Of a stretch of DNA of 64,000 nt, positions 46,487-58,216 are shown piece by piece; positions within the stretch are counted from its first letter, which is position 1, and each line of letters begins with the position of its first letter. The stretch is from contig OZ037768.1 in the NCBI GenBank assembly GCA_964035545.1, positions 23,097,319 to 23,161,318 of the forward strand, written 5' to 3'. A model generated the notes under the pieces. That model was not told the DNA's origin. It saw only the letters and a list, made by a program, of their open reading frames with translations, and ran no database searches. Both the position numbers and the translations under genes were made by a program. The stretch comes from Bugula neritina (taxonomy: Eukaryota > Animalia > Bryozoa).

Positions 46487-49400
46487 CTTCTCTCGCTGCC
46501 TTCCTGCATCTGATAGTTGAAATCTCACCAACCCACCCCCTTTACTCTTATCTTTTCAAGTCTGAAATTTTTTGTATTCCTTATTGAAAACTCAAAATAT
46601 CAATAGCCCAGCAAGAAATTAGCCTATTATGTTTGTAGTTTAAGGCAGCAGAAAGTGAGTTGGTTGGGGCCGTACTTGGTACCGCCCCATCTTCTTGCTT
46701 TCTTGTACCTTGTGCTGCATATCTATTCGTGGATATATTGTCTTCACTATTACTAAATATCATTATTCACCACGTGCAGTGGTTTAACTATTTAGTCAAT
46801 TTTATGATGATAAATTATAATGAAAGTTTTTCTGGAGAGGTGCTAATATCAACTATCTATTTGTGTAACCAGCTTAGCAATTCTCTCACCCTTTATAATA
46901 ACATATAGTTTGCTTTATTATTGTTCAATGAATTTTAACTGTAAGAAATTCTCAAGTTTTAAGCTAAATAAAATGTAAGTGACATTGGCCAATAAGATGG
47001 CTTGTTTTGTGGAGTTATAATTTTTATGTGATTATAGAATTATATATTCAGATTATACTTATACAGTTAGTGTACTGTTTCAGTGTGTATAAATGATGTG
47101 CAAATGTTTTTGCAACTTGATCCTAACTTTTTTCTTTATAAGAAACTGTAGCAAGTGGGTTGTCTGCCATTGTATCTCAAGAAGCTATCTTTTCATTACT
47201 CTCAACTCTGTATAACCAGTCTAGCCTAACTATAGTGTAGTGTGTTCATGTAAACTCTTGAATAAAACAAGGTGGCAGCAATTTTGTCAGAGATTTATTC
47301 CTCCGGTTCAATCTGGCAGAGTTACATAATTTAGTAATGCTGTACATTCCATCACTACTTCAATGAGAGACTTTATTATATACAAACATCTGTTTCAAGG
47401 AGCATTCCATGCAGTTGGAATTTCAAAGATACGAATTTTTAGCCTGTGGACTCGTCATGGGTGCAAAGGCTAACATGGTTCACTTTTAGTTGAGTAATTA
47501 CATTTCTTCCCCTTTCCAGATACATGGTGCAGATATTCCAGCTGAGACTCTAATTCTGCCAAGCTGTCTAGTATATTAGCACATTTGATAACTGCATCAC
47601 CAGTGTTTGCACTGTGGTTATCGCACTTTATTTTGTCCAGTAAGGAGACCTACAATTAACCTAGACAATGTACTCATTTTGATGGCGATGACTGCAAACA
47701 ATAGCAATGATCTACCTACAGGCTCTTATGAATGTAGATTTCAAACTTGGCTTGGCTTCACATATATAATATATTCGGTTAGACTGGGGCCCTAGAAAGA
47801 GAGGTCAACAAAGACAGGTTAGTTGCCTCTATGAAAGTGGGTTAGGATAAAATAGCTAATAAAATCTGCAACTTTAAACTCTTGGTGATCCTTTTATCTG
47901 GAAACTTCTAAACCATATATATAATCGGAAATAAAAATAAGCCAGTTTGTAACCATAACAATTTTAAGGTTGTTATTCAGAGATTTAGATTGCATGAAAC
48001 CAGCAATATACGTGAACATTCAAAGAGTGCTGACTACAAGTTTGGAAGGAGGTATGATTTGAATCAAACAACACAAAGTTGAGGCAATTTATCAACACTC
48101 ATTGATCTATAAGGTGGTGGTCGGTCATCAATCAAGCCAATCAAAAACTGTGTTGGTGAAATAACAAGATTTTTACATCAAAACAAAAAGCGGCACACAA
48201 TAGTCTCTTGATGTAAAACGTGGGGTGATGAAACAACCAGTTAATAACAGAATGACTATGGAAATTCAATACAATTTAAAGGTCCGCAATAACTAGAGGA
48301 AATGGCGCAACTGGGTATTATATTACATCATTGGGTTACACAAATTTCCTGTTGCAACTGGTTACACTGTCTTCTGATATATTAGAATATCACCTGTTCA
48401 AACGTGAGGTAAGATAACAAGGCTTGTTTCTGCATCAACATCTTCTTGGGAAGCAGACAGCCACGAGCACACCTAAAATTCATCATAAATTAGAAACTTT
48501 GTTAATGTGCCAGATTATCGTGAAGGTTTTTTCCTCCATCATTTCCTAAAAGGATAGTGTTATGTCTTTCTTTCTGCTTATCTAGAAAATTCAGCAATAA
48601 TTAGATGTTATCTTTCTATGAACGCCCATGCATTCCTCTCTATACTATAAGCTGAGACAGGATTTATATTATACTCAACAAGGGAGTTTATAAATGCTAA
48701 AACTATCAACACTGTCAATACTTTAGTTATAAAAGATGTATCCATGAAGTCTATACAATGCATAGATGAACTTAGGACTGGAGTAAATCATACAATATCA
48801 CTCATTGGTCAGTTGTTAACATCTGTTTGCCAATAACTGTAAACATCTTGCTCCCAGTTGAAATTCTAACAGACAGTGACATTATCATGTTTTTAAATGA
48901 GAGCAGCTTATATTGCCAAAAACATGAGTGATTTAAACAGGTGAAACCTACGTAAATGCTGTGATAATGTAGGACAAGGAAGAAAGTCTAATGTTACATA
49001 AATGCTGTTGTTAGATCTTCTAAGCAAATTTACATTGTCTCTGCCAACATTCCATGGAACGCAGTGGGTAAACTAAAACTACTACATTAGTAGAAATAGT
49101 AGAAATACTATATTATGCCAACACCCATCTACAGGCACACATTCAAGGGAATTTGTTTTTTACATCAGAGCTTGAGCTGCAAAGTATAAAAGTCTTCTAT
49201 TTTTAGAGACGGATCTTTCGATTTAACCAGTTATTGGTTATGCAACGCAGGTTAAGGCAAGAAATTGCCTGTTATATAGTAATTACAGCAGGATGTAAAC
49301 AACTTTCCTAATGAAAAACTGCAACTAAACAATTATAAAACTAATTGTTTTGGCTCATTACCAACAGTGGGGAGAATCATGCACAACACTCACTCTGATC

Positions 49401-50297
49401 TAACAGCTAGATTCACTATGTAATCAAAGCTGGCGTGACTGGGGAAGAAATGGTGAATACACATGGCCTGGGGGTTCCAGAAATCAATCTGACTCAGCTG
49501 TGTCAGTGTCTTTCACTATCAACTACACTCTATAGTCAAGTGATACTGAGCAAATCCACAGCACAACAATCCCATTAACCTCGTGATTCAGTGTGGACAG
49601 ACAGACATACAGACAGACTGGTACTGAACTGGTACTATATAGACATTGTTGCTGGTGCAACCTTGTCTTAGATATAGCTGATCACAACAAAAATCTTTCT
49701 TAATGAAGAGATATCTAATTATGCTACAGTCATTAATACTGTTAACAATAGTTATAATGAGAGTAGAGGCTGAGCATGAATGTAGCGCATGTGTGATTTA
49801 CACAACATCATCGGTCTATAATAATTATTATATATGCATCATAATTGTAACAGCAATAAAAACAACAATAATGATGATTAATAATCATTATAACATCTTA
49901 ACCTAATAATAGTTGCTATTATGATATAATACATCCAGCCAAGAGTCGCATTAACCTTTACAGGGGCTCATAACTCCAACTTATCCCAACTGTGAAGTAA
50001 CCACTATATTATTGAAAGGGCTGATGTTTCGGCGCACAGAAAAGACTGTGATCTTACCACCTCCTTCTTGCCAAAATATAAAACTAGGGAGCTAAACATA
50101 AGATATTTTAAGAGTAAAATCAGTATCTATTAGTTATTCAGCAGAAATGCTTTTAATAGCTTTTGCCTTGAAAGCTTGTAATACAATACAAACATAACAC
50201 AAGTGTTAGACAAGTGCGGAGTGGTGGTAGAGATATAGAGGGGCACTTGATTGAATGTATTGCATCATATTTCTAGTAATACATCCACTGGCATTAC

Positions 50298-53200
50298 CTG
50301 GTAAAGAATTTGACAGCTTCAGTCACTTGAATATATTTGAAACCATTCATCACGATGTAGGGAATGAGATGAGACTGAAACTTGAGGTAGCCTCTGTTCT
50401 CCAACACTGGCCCGCATAGACTCAGGTTCCCATCAACAACTGGCTGATATCTACAGTCACAGGCTACTAGTTGAGCAAAGCGGCAATCACACATGCAGTC
50501 AACAGTAAAGTATAAATCACTAAATAAAAAATGCAATATTCAGAACCGCCTTACATTTCACCAAATTAAAAATTCCAATGCATGCTAATTATTCCGAGGA
50601 AAGTTAAACATGCCACATCCTGGAATAATTACAGTGATGGGTGTTGAACAGAAAGGAGCATGAAAACAAGGTGTATGCGTTACAAGTGATTACCTTTTCA
50701 CATCTCAACTATTTATATTGTATAATAATGACAAAAATACTATGGAATCCATCAAACAAAATGGACTTCCAAAACACATGCAGAGCTTGTTTGATGTAGA
50801 AATGCACAAAGGACTTTGTAAAACTTCATTTAGGGAGATGAGAGACAACAAATGGTTTAGTATCAGCAGCACGAGAAGTTGTCTTTTCTTAAGTTTGAAT
50901 CCACACAAACAGGATACTTTTACTAACTTTATTACATGCATTATTTTTATTATCTATTTAATAATATTTATTACATTTACGGTACACTAATGGTTGCAAA
51001 TAGTGAGTTTAGCTAACCTGTACTCTATGCCATTAGCGTGTCCTATAATAGGGTCAGGTATCACATTAGTAACTTTCTCCTCTACGTTTGCTATACCCGA
51101 CACTCTCCTTGTCACTAGACTATTTCCATCAGAGTCGGAGTTGTCTTCTGACGAGGAGACAGGCAAGGTACTCAGTGTGGAAGACAGGGTGGTGTAGGAT
51201 ACTGAGTCTACGGTGCTGTGGTTAGTACAGTCACCCGTCAGCTTCTCCAAACCGTCTCCCGCTCCACCACTGGAAATAGGGGTGGACACACTACAAAAGG
51301 TGATATCCACAGCAGAATGTTAAATAGAACTATTAAAAGAGGTGATATCTACAGCAGAATGGGGAGCATAATTACTCCAAAAGGAGATATCTACAGCAAA
51401 ACATGAAATAGATCTATTAAAAAATGTGATATCCACAGCAAATTCACTAAAATCGGATATATTCTTCAGATATGCAGGGTAAGACAACTCTTGCTGCCAT
51501 ACCTGTTTTGGTGCCACTTCCAGTCCCCACCAGCTGACACTGTTTGCGAACTATTCTGTCTTTTATCTAAAGTGATATTCAAAATTGAACTATTTATTAT
51601 AATTATCAATAATATGAAACATTTTAGTTATATATAACATGGTTATAGTATAACATATTAGTAAAAGTCCGGCTTGTGAAATTGTGTTGCTCGAGTTAAT
51701 TAGAACAATTAATAAATTCATTTTCTATGTAATAAACAGAAACTAGTATATAACCTGAGCCATGAGACTATAAATAGAAAATTAGCCTATGGGCTATAGT
51801 ATGTCTCTTACATTAAATAATTCTTATCTGTAGATCTAAGGTATATATGTGTGTGTAAAATAAATAATAGGTTACATGATATTATTGTTGGTGTTCATAC
51901 AAATGAGAACAGAGAACACTATAAAGGAGCACGATAAAACAACAGAAAATGAAACTACAATTTATGTAGTCTATCAACATAATATAGCTCACCGGCAAGA
52001 TGGGGCGACTCCTCTCTAACAAATAATCTCACACTTTAAGCAATTACATTTACCAGTAGCTGGCAAGTATAATTGACTTGGGAGTTGTATTCTCAATGTA
52101 AGAGAACACACCCCAATACACTGAGTACAATATAACTATACAACCTGACTTATATTACTCATACAACCAGCTCTCTACTCAGTTCTACCTTTCAGATGCT
52201 GCCGAAGTGACCTCCTCTGTGCTAAGCAGCAGCTGATGTCTCATGCTCTTTATAGCATTAACCTTTGACCTTCTCTCAAACATTGATGCCAACTCAGCGT
52301 TGTGTAAGTGAGTCATAGGCAGCGCGTTGGAGGAAGTCAGCAGAGTGTGAACTCGCTCCAACTCTCGGACTCGCTTGCTTCGAGATCCTTCCGGAAGACA
52401 CGCAGTACGCGGTGAGCGCTTCTTTCTCACTTTGGTCACTTTGCTTCTGCCCAGTCGACGAGAGATTCCCTCGCACACGTTCTCTGAGCTCTGAGCACTT
52501 GCTGCCGAGTTGTAACCCTGAACGGCAGCGTCCCCGGCAGAGCTGGAGTTGTTGCTTTTATTTCTAAAGCTACCAACTTTTGGTGAGTTCTTCCTAGCTG
52601 ACAAGCCTTCTTTGTACGAACTATGGTGTCTAGAGTGAGGGTGGGGGCGGCGGGCAGACGCAGAAGATTCATTGCTACTGCTTGAAGAACTAACAACTAT
52701 TTTGGAACGAAGAGGAATACTTAGTTTGGCTTTTGAAGATCTTGAAGTGCATTTCTTTCTGTTAGAAGAGCCGAGGCTGTCACCTGAAGAAGTAGGATGT
52801 GCCGTGAGGTGTACAGGTGGTGGAGGGTTACTTGCACCTTTCTTCTTTCTCTTGCTCCTACCTCCACTCTTCTTACCCTAAACAACGAAGAGTTATCTTC
52901 CTTAAATATACAAACACCTGAGAGAAACAACTCCTTAATACATTATGAAATGTTGGACAGTTTGACACTGGTGTACTCAGTGTAAACTGCTGAGTGATTA
53001 AGTTACTTCCTCTTTCATCAAACCTTCACCAAATAGATGTCAAAGCATCATAAATTAATGACCTTAATTGTGTTTCCCCGAAAAAGGCACTCAACTGCAA
53101 CCAGCAAGATAACTAGAGATTATCTGCAGCTGTGGAGCTGCTCAAAACTTGTTTGTAACTCTACTAGTTTGAATATTAGTAAATATGTATGATGGTGATC

Positions 53201-56200
53201 AGTATTTGATAAATATCTGCTTGTAGATACTATGACTAACTGCTAGCAGATACTATGACTCACTGTTAGTAGATACTATGACTCGCTGTTAGTAGATACT
53301 ATGACTAACTGTTAGTAGATACTATGACTAACTGCTAGTAGATACTATGACTAACTGCTAGTAGATACTATGACTCACTCCTAATGGGGAAGACATCCAA
53401 ATGCTTGTAGAGTTTTTGTGAAGTCTGTATGGACGCTTTAACCACGGAATAACAGTTTTGCCAGAAGTTACTGCCGAGGGTAGAGAAACGCTGGGACTTC
53501 TCTTATAGGAGCAGCTCGCAGCAGGCAGGGACTCCAAACCACCCGACTTCTTCTGAGAAATGCGACAAGGGCTCGGTGACTTGTCCTTCACAGCCAACTT
53601 CCGACCTTTCTTGTAGTCTAAAAGACTGCCTTGCAAAAGAAATTTTGGTTTTGCATCAACTTCCTCGACTTCTGCGGGAACTGAAACAGGAAGTGAAAGT
53701 TTCGAGACACGAGACGAGTCAGCAGAGAGCTGACAGCTAGAAGGTTTGGTTGAGATGTGTGAGTCAGCAGGGAGCTGGCAGCTAGAAGGTTTGGTTGAGA
53801 TGTGTGAGTGAGTAGAGAGTGGGCAGCTACTAGAAGGTTCCGCCTCTTCACCACTACCACCATGGTGGAGGTTGTAATCCTCGTCATCAGTATCATCAAC
53901 AAACCCCCAGAGCTCCTGCAAATTGTCACACTTAACGTCATCCAACTTGGGAAATATCAGCGTTGAGAAAGTGAAGATAGAGTTAGAATTTAAGAACACT
54001 TAATGTCTAACGTTGACAGGAGTAAAAGCTTATTATGATAAATTACATTCGATAAGTATATTAGTATTTTAAATAGTCTATCTGTTTCCTATATTAAAAA
54101 AAATGTTTGATAAAAAATTACATCAAACACCCACTTCCACTTTTCGAGATCCAGCAGCCAAGCTAAACCAAGAGATGCGAATAAAGCTTAAGAAATAAAG
54201 CAGCACAAGATTAGATTAGAGTTTAATCAGTGGCAGCATACAAAGCCTGCAAAAAATCTGTAATGTAGAGAAAAAGTTAGGAAATTATTTTTTCCAAACT
54301 CTATTGGGGGGGGGGGGGGGGGGCTTATCAAAGCAAATTAGCAAAACTGGAGCTTTAATTTTGATCATTTATCACTTATGCAGCTTCACAACATTAGCTA
54401 CCTGTTTTTTCAATACATCATAGTTGAAAACAATTGAATTTTGTTATATTTTGATTAAATGTTGTTATAGGCAGGTTATAAAATGCCGTCAAAAACAATC
54501 AAACACTCATGTGTGATACACAGCAATGCATGCAATGGATTTTTAGATCGATGTCAAGACAATCGAGGCATAATGGGTGCATACACGGCCATTTCACACT
54601 CCAATATTGATTTTCTAGATCCGACTGCAGGTGAAAAGCTCTAACAATTAAGAGAAATTTTCACACCAAAATGAGATTAAAAATATTCAAACTATTGAAA
54701 TAGTTTTTGGTCTCTTTAGAAATACAGTTTTTCTTAAAGAATGGGTTTGATCCAGTAGCAAGCAAATGAGAAGAAAAAGGGGAACCACACTCTATGCTGA
54801 TCAAGTAGATGATAAGTTCGAATAAATTAAGTACGACTCACAATATGAAGTATTCTTATATAATTATTATTCCAACTCTTGTCAAAAAACCAATTTATGG
54901 CTGATGGCGACAAAGGTTAAGTTGAGAACTAAATTATGCATAATTTTGATGATGATTTATTTCGTTAGTCATGATGATATGCACTAATAGTACTGATGTT
55001 GTCTGTAACTATCACTATGATCTCATAAATTAACTTTCATCTCCTGTAATGTATATTTTCTATAGCATCAGACGGAGAGAAAGTATAATCTACAGGTGAA
55101 ACTGCTATTCATAGACTGTAGGCAGAGTGACGTGGATAGCAAACTATTAACAGGAAGTGTAAACATAGCAAATCAAATTTCAATCGGAATAAAAGCACGG
55201 CCAATAACCGTTTTTCAGGGGAGTCAATTTAAAATTTGATTTTTCTGACAATAAACCTTTTACGTCTGAATAGTTTGACTTCCTGTACCTGAGAAGTTGA
55301 GCTGTCGCTGTCACTAGAAAGAGAGCTGGGGTAAATGTACTCCTCACACGCTGCTGCCGTTACGGCAGAGTCAGCTGGAACCACCGCCTCTTCTTTACAC
55401 TCACCAGTCAGCAAGCTTTCTGACAGCACTGGAATATGGGGTGTGGGAAAGGAGTCCCGCCCTTCAATCTATAATAGTGATAGAAACACGGCAGTGTTTT
55501 AGGGAGTTGAATTTGTTTCCCTTTATAAGGGTAACCTTGAGGTGTCAATTTTGGCAAGAGTATATCTGCAGCAGAATACATATGCAGCAGGAGAGTATAT
55601 GCAACAGAGTACGTCTGCAGCAGGAGAATATATGCAACAGAGTACGTCTGCAGCAACAGAGTACGTCTGCAAGCCCACATGACTGCACTGGAATAGCAAT
55701 TACCAGGAGCTGGTAACAGCCAGGGAGTGTACAATTACTATACAACAGAAACTAGTCACCAAGAATAGTAGTTTAAGATTTGGTTAGCAACAAGCAAAGG
55801 ACTTGCTTTTGGCTTATTCAACCATATATTGGCATAATTATTTGCACTGGCTACAATGTTGTAAATAATATGAAAAGAAAACATAATAAGAGAAGGCAGT
55901 TATGTTTAATAATAGAAAAAGCATTATATTCGTGTTATTTCTACCTTAGTTGAGTGATTGACTCCTTTGAGCCACAAATTTACAGCTATGTCACTTAGAT
56001 TTACACGGCATTCAGTCAAAAGGTTCAAACATTTCATTTCAATACTGGCTGCTTTGCACACAATTGAATTAAAAGCCTTTCGGCTGCTTCTAGCAACAAC
56101 CTAAAAAAGAAATGAACAAAAAGCAATTTAAAGAGTAAATACAACACTAATTTGACAATTGAATAACTATGTTTTCTGTTGTTTATATAAATATAAAAAT

Positions 56201-56523
56201 TTAGTACTGGTTGAAAGGATGGAGGGCCATTGAGTAGCAACAAAGAGGTATAATACTAGTTACCTGAAAGGTTTAAACCACAATGCCTTATAAATGAGAT
56301 GAATAGTGTAGAGTTGGCTGTATTTGCCAGTAACTAATCTAGTGCATACAGTGCATAAAAAGCTACACAAAGCTTGCCTACCAGCTTTTCACTTCATTCA
56401 TTGCTTGAACAATGATATGGGAGAAGTTGAATAGACCTTAAGAATTCGCTTAAGCAAATAAAGTTAAAAATGAAATACTGGATTCCCTTACCGCAGGTGA
56501 ATTGGCTGCGTTTTTGTGCACCA
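50298..56523 (-). CDS. Uncharacterised multi-exon gene for a Ser/Lys/Arg-rich, largely low-complexity protein; both ends unresolved
   Basis: Phase-compatible exons 55289-55428, 53379-53945, 52188-52877, 51018-51290 and 50298-50450 have GT/AG sites. Candidate upstream exons lie at ~55946-56100 and ~56491-56523, but their phase link to 55428 is unresolved. Basic NLS-like tracts (KKSGGRSKRKKK, KVRKKRSPR). No family recognised. Confidence 0.55.
53223..53378. repeat. 23-bp minisatellite containing a splice-donor sequence
   Basis: About 7 copies of GTAGATACTATGACTMACTGYTA; the last copy supplies the real donor GGA|GTGAGT on the minus strand. Confidence 0.85.
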
Positions 56524-56652
56524 TCCTCTACGGTAGCTGCGATGATGAAGCACTGCGTAAACTACAAGAATAGTACAAACAGGGATGCAAAGTCATTTTA
56601 CCAACACCTCCCGTCTATTAGCAGAAGTGGTGTACAATTAGCCGGCCTGTTG

Positions 56653-58216
56653 GTGACCAAACTTCTAGTCATGTCTCTATAGCCAAGCATTCACTAAAAG
56701 ATTGATCACGAATATGCCGGCTGTCACCCCCCCCCTGTCCACCCCTTCCTGTCCACCCCCTCCTGTCCACCCCTAGTCTTGTAGAGTGAGCAGCTATGTA
56801 CAAGTGCTGTGCAGAATGGTGACTAACCTTCTAGTCATTGGCCAGACATCAGAACAACTGAGAGAGATAATCACCATTCTACTGCACGCCTCAGTTCCTA
56901 CTGGAGTATAGCCCTAGCTTCCAACAATAGGCTGTCTCCGTGAACCCAACTTATCTCTTTCACAAGGTCTATTAGCAGCAGACAAGGAGAGCTGGAGGAA
57001 AGTGTGGCCAACATGGCGCAGTGACAATTATTCTAGTCATGTCCTACGCACAAGCATGGCTAGGACAATAGCCACTGCACCACACTACCACGTGTCAGCA
57101 GCTGTAGTATCGGCAGCAACAGCAGCCATAGTAGGCTAGTAGATGGCCAGTCAATAAGTGGGGTAGATTTACAAACCCAACTATGCACAACATAAACACA
57201 CGCCAGTGATTGACACTGCAGAAAGAAGTGAACTCAAGCATGCTCAGTCACAACAAATTGGAACCCCCTTAGTTAGTATTTCAACTTCATTATTGAGACA
57301 TTAATCATGAATTATAATCATATTATACGATGTGTTAGACTTCTCTATACTCCAGTGTACAGAGGAAGTAGAAGGTCCTACAGCACTGTGTACATACCAC
57401 AGATAACTTACACCAGATAACTTACACGTACATCTACGCAGTTGAAATACTAAGTCAATACTAGAGAAGATATGCAGTAGATGTATCTGTGTGCATGTAT
57501 ACTTTTTTACCTGCAATCTACCCTCCTAGGTCTACAGTGCTCAACAAGCAATACTGGCCTAACTATCAACACCTCAGCAAATACTGAAACACATCTAATA
57601 TGTATTTGACACATCACATGGCCATCTGTACACTACAGCTGAAAAACTATACTGTTTAGTGAATAGAAATATTAATTACCTAGGATGTGCCTCTAGTTAA
57701 AGGGAACAACACAGCAGGTAGGCTCCTCTCTAACAATAGTACTACACATACTTTATAACATACTTTACATGATATAATACTCTGGACTTGCACACAAAAC
57801 ATACCTACCTAGTGTTACCATACAAATCTTATGTAATCTGAATATAATATAATGAATTATAATAACTTGCACGGCAGAACTAGCGTTTATGTAAGTGGAG
57901 CAAGTTCACAAAACCAAGTGCACTGGTATAAGTTTTTAGCAGTATAAGTATATAGTATAAGAATTTACATATCTTACCTATGTGTTAATATATATAAATC
58001 ATAAACATAAAATAAAAAAGGATAATAGAAAATATACTTACTACGAAATGCAGTAGTAGGTGTGAATCAACAGAAAACAGACAGAAAAACAAACAGACAG
58101 ACAGTAGAAATTCCCATGCTGACTACATAACTCTACGCTGACTATAAGTACACATGCTGACACCTGGCTTTGGCGGAGCGCTGCCTCAAAGCCGCGGTGA
58201 CTGATTGTCTAGTCAT
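56653..58216. promoter_or_regulatory. Cluster of four fixed-spacing motifs GTGAC-N6-TCTAGTCAT, function unknown
   Basis: Copies at 56653-56672, 56819-56838, 57021-57040 and 58197-58216; spacers differ (CAAACT, TAACCT, AATTAT, TGATTG). Confidence 0.6.

Noticed and set aside
56653-58216. SECIS or iron-responsive element reading of the repeated motif (minus strand begins ATGAC)
   Set aside because: No apical AA or downstream GA quartet at SECIS spacing, and no CAGUGN loop.
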